From: the human T2T-CHM13v2.0 reference genome, Homo sapiens | Length of the DNA stretch: 64,000 nucleotides | Reading direction: 5' to 3' (one strand) | Assembly: GCF_009914755.1 (NCBI RefSeq) | Contig: NC_060925.1 | Shown here: one piece after another, positions 14,224 through 24,890 of the stretch | How positions within the stretch are numbered: position 1 is the first letter of the stretch | Layout: each line of letters opens with the position of its first letter | The notes under the pieces: generated by a model | What the model was told of the DNA's origin: nothing | Databases searched by the model: none | The model's input: the letters and a program-made list of their open reading frames with translations, nothing else | Program-made: the position numbers and the translations under genes

Positions 14224-15184
14224 AGATAAATGCAAATATGAATCACCTACAGAATTAAAAGGCCACAAATGTTCCAACCTTAGCAGAGAGTCTGGGAAGA
14301 AACCTCCACCACTGCCCCAGTCAACCCAACTAAGAGAAAGAGGTTGGCAGCCAGAGGAACAGATAAGGCAAGGCTTCATCTGAGCCTATCAGCTTCTGCA
14401 GAAAAAATATGCCATGGTCATGGGATGATCTGACTGACTGACTGATGCAAACTGTCCACACAGCTAGTTTACCTTTGCCTCCTCTCTGGATCCAAAATGT
14501 AATGGAAATGAATGCCTTATGAAATCCAACCCTGACCTTCTCATCACACACCCTTCTTAGGAGAGCCCACACTAGCTAACGACTCCAGAATTCTGGTTAC
14601 CATAAGTCTACGCATCATGCCACCGAGCTCTGTCTTTCCAACTACCTTTTAGACATCTCTACCTGGATGTCCCGGGAGTCTCATGTCCAAAGATTAATTC
14701 CTTCTTCCTGGCAGTGTATGCTCTTTGTATCTCCACTTCTCCTGTCTCAGTTAATAGCCTGTTGATTGATCAATTTCATTCTAGGTTCATGGAACACCAA
14801 CCATGCACCAAGATCCCTGAACCAGAAGCCTGAAGGGCATCTACAGTCCTCCTTCTGTCCTACTCCTATTTCTATTCACCTTGTCAACAATAAGCTGCAC
14901 TGATTTTTTACCTCCTAAATATTTCTCAAAACCTCACTTCCCCTTCATATTCACTGGCACTCCCTTATTCAGCATCTCATCATTCATTCAACAATATTTA
15001 ATGAGTATAAAGCATACCTAGGTGTTTTTAAACAGAACAAAAACGGTGTGATCTTTGCTTTCTGGTGGCTCAACATCTAGTTATTTCTTATCTGAACTAT
15101 TCAGATATACTCTTGTCTCCTACCATTAATTATCTCAACAGTAGCCAGAGTGTCTCCTCAAAACTTAAATTAGATCATTTAATT

Positions 15185-15403
15185 CAGGGATAGTAAACTC
15201 TTCCTATAAAGGCCAGATAGTAAATATTTTAGGCTTCTGGGCCATATGTTCTCTGTTGAAACTACTCAACTCTGCTCTTGTAACATTAAAAATAGCCATG
15301 GACGATATACAAACCCATGGGTATGACTGTTCCAATATGGCTTATTCATAAAAATAGGCAGCAGGACAGATTTGACCCATGGGCTGTAGTTTGCTGACCC
15401 CTG
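15185..15403 (+). mobile_element. MER58A (hAT-Charlie MITE), full length with perfect 8-bp TSD
   Basis: CAGGGA..AAAGGCCAGATAGTAAATATTTTAGGC..GTAGTTTGCTGACCCCTG; ATTTAATT at 15177-15184 and 15404-15411. Confidence 0.93.
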
Positions 15404-15795
15404 ATTTAATTAATCACAGTGCTTCTTACTCCACTGGAATTAATCCAGATTCCTTCCCATGGCTTAGAATGTGCTCCACCCTCAACTGACTATTACTTGC
15501 TCCTCTGGGCTCCACCATGCTCCAGCTACTCTGACCATCTTTACGGTGCTTACGCACCGTGCCAAGCCTGTTCACATCTTAGGTCCCTGCACTTGCCGTT
15601 CCACCCATCAGGACCACTCTTGCCTAGGTCTTCTCATAGCTGCCTCAGCTCAAATATCACCTCCTCAGAGAGGCCTTCACTGCCCATTCCCATTAGTACC
15701 CATCCCAATGCCCAAACACTCTAACTCCCATAGCTCTATTTATTTATTTTTTCAAATTACTTATCACCATCTGAAAAAATATCATTTGTTGCATG

Positions 15796-15805
15796 TATAT
15801 ATATA

Positions 15806-15838
<33 letters not shown>
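15796..15838. repeat. Interrupted (TA)n microsatellite
   Basis: Read directly. Confidence 0.95.
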
Positions 15839-15842
<4 letters not shown>

Positions 15843-16070
15843 GCTTTCCTACCACCACACTACTCTACCACTATTAGAATGTAAGCTCCATGAGGGCAGA
15901 GACTGTCTTATTCACTCACCCCCTAGGTTCCCAGCACCTGGATCGGTGCCTGGCACTTAGCAGGGGCTCAGTAAATATCTATTATCTAAACTGTTATTGC
16001 CTCTAGTCTCCCTCCCTCCAACCCACTGGTATCTTCACTGCCACCAGTGATCTTTCAAAAATACAAATGA

Positions 16071-16410
16071 GACCAAATATAGTGGCTCACACCTGTAATC
16101 GCAGCACCTTGGGAGGCTGAGGCACAAGGATCGCTTGAACCCAGGTAGGTGAGGCTGCAGCAAGCCATGATCACACTACTGCACTCCATCCTGGGAAACA
16201 AGAGTGAGACCCCATCTCAAAAAAAAAAAAAAAAAAAAAAAATAGCAGTGTGTAGTGGTGCACAATTGTAGTCCCTGCTACTTAACAGGCTGAGGCAAGA
16301 GGATCACTTCAGCCCAGGAGTCTGAGGTTACAGTGAGCTATGATCACACTACTGCACTCAAGCCTGGGCGACAGAGCAAGACTCTGTCTCATAAAAGAAA
16401 AAAAAAAAGT
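16071..16410 (+). mobile_element. Atypical AluJ-age dimer with two right-arm-type monomers
   Basis: Both monomers carry the GCTGCAG/TTACAG..ATGATCACACTACTGCACTC segment; TSD AAAAT[A/G]CAAATGA 16058-16070 and 16411-16423. Confidence 0.85.
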
Positions 16411-17395
16411 AAAATGCAAATGAATCATGTCACTCCCCTGCTTAAAATATTTCCATGGTTCCCCACTGGCTTTAAGATACAAATGCAAATTATGTGGCAA
16501 GACCACTATAGCTCTTATCACACCTTCCCACACTCTCACAGTAGTAGACTGTGAGCTCTAAGTGGTAAGGACCAACTCCTGTTTATCTTTTTATCTCAGG
16601 TACTCAGCATAGTACCAGGCACATTGTTGGTGTTCCATGAATGTAGAATGAAATTAATCAATCAACAGGAGTACAACAACTAGCACAATGCACGATTCTA
16701 ATGTGGTAACTCAATAAGTACCCAATTTAAAGGCAAAGAAGCAAGATTTTACACAACACTCTTCCTTTCTTTTCTTTGGAAGCAACTTGGGTGGGGGCTA
16801 TGCTTATAACTCTGAATCTAACTTTGGATTTTGTCACCCAGATTTTACCTGGCAGGCAGCCACTCACCACTTTCTAAAAGAATGGCAGGAGAAGGCAGGG
16901 AGCTAGGTCATGCAAATCTATCATGCTGTTTCCTGTGATCAGCTCTGGTAAAAAGGTTAGGAAAGGAGACATAACATGAAGGCTAAAATGCAACTTAGGG
17001 ATTCTCCATGGATTCCAAGTGTCTACATTCTCCCTGTCATCTATTAGCAAAGAAAACCCAATGCTGGTTCTTTTGCTGTACAAAATAACCTAAGAGGTTC
17101 AGGGACTTTCTTTAGAACTGCCTCACCAATAGAATGGGAATTGTTACTTCTAGAAGAATTTCCATTAGCCCTTTAAAATCCTTCAACATTCATTAAGGCC
17201 AAAGAGATTTCACCTAATTTAGTCTGATGGGTATGTGAACAGTCTTTCTAGGGAATACAGACTCCCAAATTGTTCAGCTGGGAAGTAAGGAGGGAATTTA
17301 TTACTCAAAATCAAAGGGAAATGAAAAGAGGGCAACCCGGAATTCATTACTCCCCTTCTTGGGTGGGGTAATGGGTTCCAGAGTCATTCTGTTAC

Positions 17396-17464
17396 CTTTA
17401 CTATGACCACCTTACTTAGCATCTAAAAGCTTCTGGTGTTGGATGCAGCCAGGTAGGTTCTCTT
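17396..17464 (-). other. Candidate non-coding cryptic exon (69 nt)
   Basis: Acceptor ttttattacattag|AAGAGAACC; donor AAAG|gtaaca (alternative CTAA|gtaagg at 17416). Confidence 0.35.
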
Positions 17465-17711
17465 CTAATGTAATAAAATCTGCTTCAGCAAAGCTTATAC
17501 AGAGTCATCTCCAGACTCCAGAAATAATAGACTATAAATTACTGGATCTCCCATTTGATACAATGAAGTGTAAGTTAGCACAGTCCTGAATGACCACTCT
17601 ACACGCTACTCTGAGTGGCTCAAAGTGAACTTTGACACAAGGACTGGAGCGAACACATAGCACAGCTAGATCCGGGATTAATTCGCTTGAGCCCAGCTCC
17701 TCACTACTCAC

Positions 17712-17830
17712 CTATGAGTCCAGTTCCAGAACCCAAGTAGAGGATGGGGGAGCAAAGCTCCTAGCTTTTTCCCTACTGTCTGCATCTCTTTCACATATCT
17801 TATCTTCTTGAAGAAGTTAAACAGGCTCAA
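17712..17830 (-). other. Candidate non-coding cryptic exon (119 nt)
   Basis: Acceptor catttagttattttag|TTGAGCC; strong donor CATAG|gtgagt. Confidence 0.4.
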
Positions 17831-18854
17831 CTAAAATAACTAAATGATGAAGCCCTATACAGACAATCACCAGAGATTCACAAAACTGCATTCAACACAG
17901 TTACACAGACAACTTTGAGGATGACTTGATGTACCAGCGATTTACCACATTTGGGACCATTCAAAATTCCTGTCAAGGATCTGCCTATATCAACATGGGA
18001 ATCAAGAACCAACCATTCAAATGGGCCCTGCTGCCAAGCCTCTTTATAATGCCATCTCTTCATATTGTTCCATTTAACAAAACTGCAGCCTATCATCTAA
18101 CCTTAAATCCCTTTGCCAATGATACAGAGCCAGAGTATGCTACTCCCTAGAGCAGGAACTCAACATGATGACCTACTAAACACCATTCAGAAGATGCTGA
18201 GACTCATGAATTGCAATAGGAAAAAAAAGACAGAGAAGTAGTCAGCCAGGTACACGCTGTGTCAAAAGTGCACTACAACCCCCAACCCCATTCTGCTTAA
18301 TCCTAGCTGGGCTGACACCAACCTGACGAGACAGGCCAATAAGATCTCGAACTGAAAGAGGAACTCCTGAACTGGGTTCTTTAGAACCCAGGAAGCAGCA
18401 GAGTAAATCATTAAAGACCAGATAAGATCTTGATGAGGTGAGGGAGGGTTTCAGATAAATGGAATGCTGGTAGAACACAGGGCCCAAAGGAGAAAAGTTA
18501 ACCTGAGCCCAGGTGGAACCTTGCTTACTAGAGTATTAAGCATGAGTTGGGACAACTATTCTAACCAGAGAAATTGGCTCCAGTGAGGGCAGTTTGGCAA
18601 TCCAAGGTATGGCATGTCTATGGCTGGCAAAATTCAGGGTGACTGAAGCAAAAGTTTCAAAACCATAAAGACTACAACGGGGGTAGAGCACAAAATTCTC
18701 AAGAGATGAATCTTTGTAAGAGTGAGGCAGAACTACATGGTGATTTTCGATCTGTTGATGCCCAACAAGAGCTTCTACTGGCTATAAGCAGGGGTGCAGG
18801 CTGTAATCGCAGGAGAGGAGGTTCACAAAAGTAATTCAGTCCTAGAGCCCAAAC

Positions 18855-19380
18855 TGTGTTCTCTACTAAAAGGAATCAAGACCCCCTAGAGAAATGGCTG
18901 ACTCCATGTATGGTGCAGGATATAGATCCTGGAACACCTTTTTTTTTTTTTTTTGCCAGAAAGCAAGGAAGCCATCCAAGTCCAACAGGATCACGTCAAA
19001 AGGCCATGGGAGTCAACTTGAAGAGATACTTATTAACCTGAGACAATATGAGCATCTAAAACAATTAATAGTGACTACAATGGGCTCAAATGCAAACAAT
19101 AATCTATGAGCTCATTACGATATTCAGGAAAAAAAACTATTGGTCACTACAGTGGAGGTTACTAGTCACTAACTCATTATTCTGAAAAATGACTTAAAAT
19201 GGGAGATAGGGTGGAGAATTAGGTATTTATCCAGTTTTTCCTGTACAAATGTAAATGTTTAGGGAGATTGAAGTAGATGAAACAAGTCTGGCAAAATTGA
19301 GATAACTGTTTAATCCGGGTGTTGAGTACATGGAGGTTCATTATATTTCTTTTCCGTATATTTTATATTTGAACCCCCTC
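18855..19380 (+). mobile_element. L1MC4-like 3' end, followed by an A36 tract (19383-19418)
   Basis: ACTAAAAGGAA..GAGAAATGGCTGA.TCCA..TGCCAGAAAG.AAGGAAG..GTCAAAAGG. Confidence 0.7.
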
Positions 19381-19419
<39 letters not shown>

Positions 19420-19729
19420 AGAAAAAGCAAGACAAGACAGAATGTGAGCTAAGCAGCTTAGGGTTTAGGCAAGGCTTCTGCCTACAAGAGAGACTAGGAT
19501 ATGAGGGGTAATATTAGTCCTGATGGGCCAAACCAACTGGAGGGATATAGGGAGGTGCCAAGTTGCAGAGGTATCATGTTGCCCAGCACTTGATCTAGAA
19601 TCCTAGATTCTAGGTCTGGGTAGTAGCAGATTTACTAGGTGGTAGATCTGAGGCTACCTATAGAACTTCCTTTGCAGTCATAATTAGCTCAGAAACTACA
19701 AAAGGGCTTGCTCTTGAAAATGGAGCCTT

Positions 19730-20262
19730 TGTCTATTTCATGCTGTTATAACAGAATGCCACAGACTGCATAATTTAAAACAAAAAAAAAAGGATCGATA
19801 CCATCCTGGTTAACACGGTGAAACCCCGTCTCTGCTAAAAATACAAAAAAAATTAGCCGGGCCTGGTGGCGGGCGCCTGTAGTCCCAGCTACTCGGGAGC
19901 TGAAGCTGGAGAATGGAGAATGGAGAATGGCGTGAACCCGGGAGGCGGAGCTTGCAGCGAGCCGAGATCTAGCCACTGCACTCCAGCCTGGGGGACGGAG
20001 CGAGACTCCGCCTCAAAAAAAAAAAAAAAAAGAAAGAAAGAAAAGAGAAAGAAAGAGAGAGAGAGTGAAGGAAGTGAGGGAGGGAGGAAAGAAAATAAGA
20101 AAAGAAAAGAGAAAAGAATTTCTTACAGTTCTGGAGGCTAGGAAGTCCAAGGTCAAGGAACCTGCCTCTGGTGAGGGTCTTCTTGCTGCATCATCCCATG
20201 GCAGAAGGCAGAAGGGCAAGAGAGAGCGAAAGAGCAAGAGGGCAAGAGGGCCTGAACTCTCT
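19730..20262 (-). mobile_element. MST (MSTC/D) MaLR LTR fragment split by AluY
   Basis: TGCTGTTATAACAGAATGCCACAGACTG ... CAGTTCTGGAGGCTAGGAAGTCCAAG..TCTGGTGAGGG..CATCCCATGGCAGAAGG. Confidence 0.85.
19793..20031 (+). mobile_element. 5'-truncated AluY with internal 7-bp triplication; GA-rich tail extension to 20117
   Basis: CCATCCTGGTTAACACGGTG, GGCGTGAACCCGGGAGGCGGAGCTTGC; (TGGAGAA)3 at 19907-19927. Confidence 0.93.
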
Positions 20263-20299
20263 TTCACAAAGGCTAGCAAAGAAGTATGCACAGGTTAAG

Positions 20300-21200
20300 G
20301 GAAAAAGTCACAATGAATCCTGTAGTACAGACTACTTTATCAAAAGCAGCTAAAAAAAGATCTCATTAACTCCCCCAACTCATCTCCACCCACATCTAAA
20401 GAGCCACACACAGCACCACCAAAGGCAGCAGAATGAGAACAGCGTTCTCCTCGACAGACCAGCTGTGAGTATCCAGACAGACACCCGACCTCAACAGCTC
20501 CAGAGCAGCCCCAGAACAGCCCCTCCCTAACCACCACTCAAGTAACCAGCTGGGAAAGTATTCAGAAAACCCGCATCCTGACACACCACTGCCAAACAAC
20601 TTAAACAGCAAAGAACAACCCATCTAAACAGCAATGCCAGCTGCCAGGAAAAGTTGTGTAGGGACAATGAGTAGAGGAAAAGCAGATCCCTTGGGGTCCA
20701 CCAAGAGACCCAGTCTCTCAGCTTCAGCACTTCCAAATGCTCAATCCATACACCTCTAGGGCCTGTGGATCTCCACGAGGCATATTGTCTCCTTCCATCT
20801 CCTCAAAGATAAATGAGCAGGCAAGCTGGCCAGAAAACCACTCAGGGTATTACTCTTTAAAGAATCTTTATAGGGTCAAAGAGGAATGGGTCTACAGGCT
20901 ATATGTATTCCCCAAAGATTCTCAGGATGATGTCAGAATCCCTTTCCAGATGTGTTTAACACTTTGTGGTCACTTGTATTCCTGCCACTGAGCGCCAGTG
21001 CTTTGCTAATTTGAACTGATTCCAGCTCACACTGACTCCAGCTTCCTGGATCTGATTACATTTAGCCAAGACTGTCATCCATACTGTACCCTTTCAAAGA
21101 GTCCTAAAAACAGCTCTTCACCTACTCTTTCAAGACAAGTAATAATATCTGCCAAAGAATGGGGAAAAAAGATGCAGAAAAAGAATACAATTAGCATACT
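20300..21200 (-). promoter_or_regulatory. Putative CM-promoter-like element (NBPF-associated multi-copy promoter)
   Basis: Repeat-free, GT/TG-rich on - strand; family assignment from recalled resemblance only. Confidence 0.4.
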
Positions 21201-21596
21201 ACCAAGAAAGCAAAAAGCGAAGGGAGAGGAGAAACTAAAAAATTACATGCGGACTCACACTTATTTCTAAAGCTGTGCTAATATCTTTTTGCTTGCGTCT
21301 AAGGCACCAATTTTAAACTGTTACTGGGGGAAAAAAAAAGAGAGAGAGACAGAGAGAAAGAAAAAAGCAGGCCTAAATCTTAAAGTAAAACTTTTAGCAT
21401 AGAAGATAAGAATTGGTGAGAATTCCATTCCCGGTTATTTACCCTATAGGCTAAAGAGCTGCCTCTGCCTCTAAGGATCAGGGCATTCTGTGTTTGATGG
21501 CAGAACCTAAGTCAGAATCCAGCACAATCCCTGACAAGTGAGAACCTCAGGGTAAGTTGTCCTGACCTTGAGATTGCTTCTCTACCTCTTCAATTA

Positions 21597-21974
<378 letters not shown>

Positions 21975-23659
21975 TCAAGGTCCACGTTGTCCAGATCAAG
22001 GGCTCCCATGAGTGACAGTGAGGCGGATCTGATCACTTAGAGGGCTAAAGGTAATCCTACAAAACCTGAAGATGTACAAGGAGAATGCAGCTGCTGCTCA
22101 GAAACTCCACTAGCCCAGCTTGAAAAGACATCATCTACAGGGTAATACCCAGTTCTCAATTCTAGGCCTCATAGTTTTGCTGAGTGTCTCAGAAAACTGT
22201 CCTAAACTTTTCTGGCCTTTCTTATTTTGCCCACCTAATGTAAGAAAACTAAGCTAAAATAAATTTTGTCACCAAACCAAAATGAAGCTCTCCAGGTGGT
22301 GTAGCTACTATACTCAGGAGACTTGAACTTCCCTTAACCCAAAAATGGCTATCTGGAAGTCAGCATCCTCAGAGTACACTTCAGATGCAAACTAGAAATA
22401 TGTCAGTGTAAACTATGAAAGTGCAGAGCCTTTGCTTCAGTAAAACTAGATGCAGCAAAACCACGGGCTTTATGCATGACTGGTATTGTAAGAGAGGCCA
22501 CAGGGAGTAGAATTAAATATGACACCTCCTTGACATATGATCAAAGCTCCTTCTAACCTCAATTTGGGGCACCATATATCACAAACCAGACAGCAAGAAA
22601 TTAAGTAAATGTAAGTCTTTTTTTTATGCCATCCCAATTACATCTTGCTCAGTTCACAAACATGTTCCAGCAAATGCTGGAGGAGTTTTTCTCTCTTTAG
22701 GAGTCCTCCCTCACTTTACCCTGTTTAACAAAAGACCTCACACACTTAGAAAGAGGATGGAGGCAGGCCAGCTTCAGGACATGCTGCACAGGGAGGACTG
22801 ACTGTCCCAAAGAGGGGGCTCTACACCCCTCTGACAACTCCACAATAGACCAGCTACACACAAATGCCTGAAATAAGGAAGTCCATCAAGAAAATGAACA
22901 GTTGGCGAGATCAAGGCTTCTGGCCCAAAGGGCCTGCAGCTGGTCTGGCCATTCATCAAAAAATCTGAATTTAAATGGAGACACATTCGACTGTGACATG
23001 TAATAAAAGAACTGGAGCAACAAAGGGTCTTGATTTTGGTTTCCTTTCCACCCTACACATCTCCTGCCAATGGAAGAGTGAGCGTGCCTGTGGTGCTCCT
23101 GACACATCTGGGGTAGTTCCCATTCACAGTGCTCACCCTTTGGGACTTTCCACACATTACAGGGTCATCGTCCATCTATGCTAACCTAGAATGTCCAGAT
23201 AAAAGCTCCTGTTTAGAGACTGGAGAGAAAATTGTCAACTCTGAAAGCCCACAAACTGTCTCAGCCAGGGGGAACACATGCAGGAAAGACTACAGAATCG
23301 TATGTCAGAAGCCTAATTTCAGATTGACCCCTACAGCTTTATGACTGTGAGTAATTCACTTACTTTCTCTAGGCTCTGTTATTCTCACATCAATAATGAG
23401 AAAAGTGGACCAAACAGTCCCCCAGATCCCTTCCAGTCATAACATCCTCTGACTTTATGATTAAAGAGTGGTACTAATAACGCTAAATCTGTGGCTTAAC
23501 CCCAATAGGAGTCTTCTGGGATTATACTAAGAAAAACTATCCCACACAGACAGAGCCATTCTGACCATGTCCCTCCCTACACTGACCATCATACAGATAT
23601 GTGCCACTGGTATGAGAAGTCCTTTTTACAGAGGACATTGACTGATTAAATAATAGGCT

Positions 23660-24890
23660 GATTTATTCATTCAACCAACAAATATTTACTGAGCACCTTC
23701 TAGGTATTTAGGGATACAACAGAACAAAACAGACAAAATCCCTTCCCTTATGGAGCTTACGTTTTAGTGAAGGAGGAGGGGGAGTCAGACATCAAATAGG
23801 AAATATGAAGTGGGGTATATTTTATGCAGAGTAGCCTAGAGGGTCTTGATAAGGTGACTTTTTTTTTCTTTTTCTTTTTCTTTAATTATACTTTAAGTTC
23901 TGGGATATATGTGCAGAATGTGCAGGTTTGTTACATAGGTACACATGTGCCATGGTGGTTTGCTGCCCCCATCAACCCATAATCTACATTAGGTATTTCT
24001 CTTAATGCTATCACTTCCCTTGCCTCTCACCCCCCGACAGGCCCTGGTGTGTGATGTTCCCCCCACTGTGCCCGTATGTTCTCATTGTTCAACTCCCACT
24101 TATGAGTGAGAACATGCGGTGTTTGGTTTTCTGTTCCTGTGTTAGTTTGCTGAGAATAATGGTTTCCAGCTTCATCCATGTCCCTGCAAAGGACATGAAC
24201 TCATTCTTTTTTATGGCTGCATAGTATTCCATGGTGCTTACGTGCCATATTTTCTTTATCCAGTCTATCATTGATGGGCATTTGGGTTGGTTCCAAGTCT
24301 TTGTTATTGTGAATAGTGCTGCAATAAACATATGTATGCATGTGTCTTTATAGTAGAATGATTTTTAAACCTTTGGGAAAGGCCTTTGATAAGGTGACTT
24401 TTGAGCAGCAATCCAAAGCAGTGAGAGAGCGAGCCATGCAGACACTATGGGAAGAATGTTCCAGGCAGAGGGAACAGCAGGGCCCTGAGACAGGACAGGG
24501 TCAAGCATGCCTGGCATGTTAAAGGAAACACCATGAGCCCAGTGTTTATTAAGAGGAGAAAGGGCAGGAGAGTAGTAGGAAACACAGTGAGACAGGTAGT
24601 AGGAGCCAGATCATGTAAAAACTGGAAAGTCACTGGAGAATTTGAACAGAGGGGTAAACATGATCTGAATTCCATTGTAAAAGGATTGTTCTAGCTGTTA
24701 TATTGAGAGTAGACAGAAGGAGGCAAGAATGGAAACAAGGAAACCAGTTGGGAAACTACTGAGATAATCCAGGTGAGAGATGATGGCAGATGGACCCAGG
24801 GCAACAGCAGTGAGGAGTAAAGAGGGACAGAGTCTGGGATATATTCTGAAGTTGAATCAATAGAACACTGGAGGACAGGATGATCTTGGA
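23660..24890 (-). mobile_element. L2 interrupted by L1PA
   Basis: TTCATTCAAC..AAATATTTACTGAGCACC, TTCCAGGCAGAGGGAACAGC, AATCCAGGTGAGAGATGATGG. Confidence 0.85.
23863..24377 (-). mobile_element. L1PA7-like 3' end with 17-bp TSD
   Basis: ATTATACTTTAAGTTCTGGG..CCCACTTATGAGTGAGAACATGCGG; ORF2 C-terminus MFIAALFTITKTWNQPKCPSMIDWIKK; TSD TTGATAAGGTGACTTTT 23846-23862 and 24386-24402. Confidence 0.95.

Larger units (their letters stand above)
14610..16660 (+). mobile_element. Fragmented L2 interrupted by MER58A, (TA)n and an atypical Alu
   Basis: GACATCTCTACCTGGATGTCCC, CTCAAATATCACCTCCTCAGAGAGGCCTTC, GAATGTAAGCTCCATGAGGGCAG, ATCATGTCACTCCCCTGCTTAAAA. Confidence 0.8.

Noticed and set aside
19383-19418. 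A36 tract as tail of a processed pseudogene
   Set aside because: Upstream sequence is an L1MC-type 3' end; no mRNA-like body or TSD found
20340-20736. Overlapping minus-strand ORFs rich in G/V/C/W/L
   Set aside because: Explained by GT-rich composition lacking stop codons; no protein family recognised
22730-22867. Possible minus-strand exon with acceptor ttccttatttcag|G
   Set aside because: No convincing donor downstream
24089-24331. ORF MFIAALFTITKTWNQPKC (also 61439-61636)
   Set aside because: C-terminal remnant of L1 ORF2p in truncated elements
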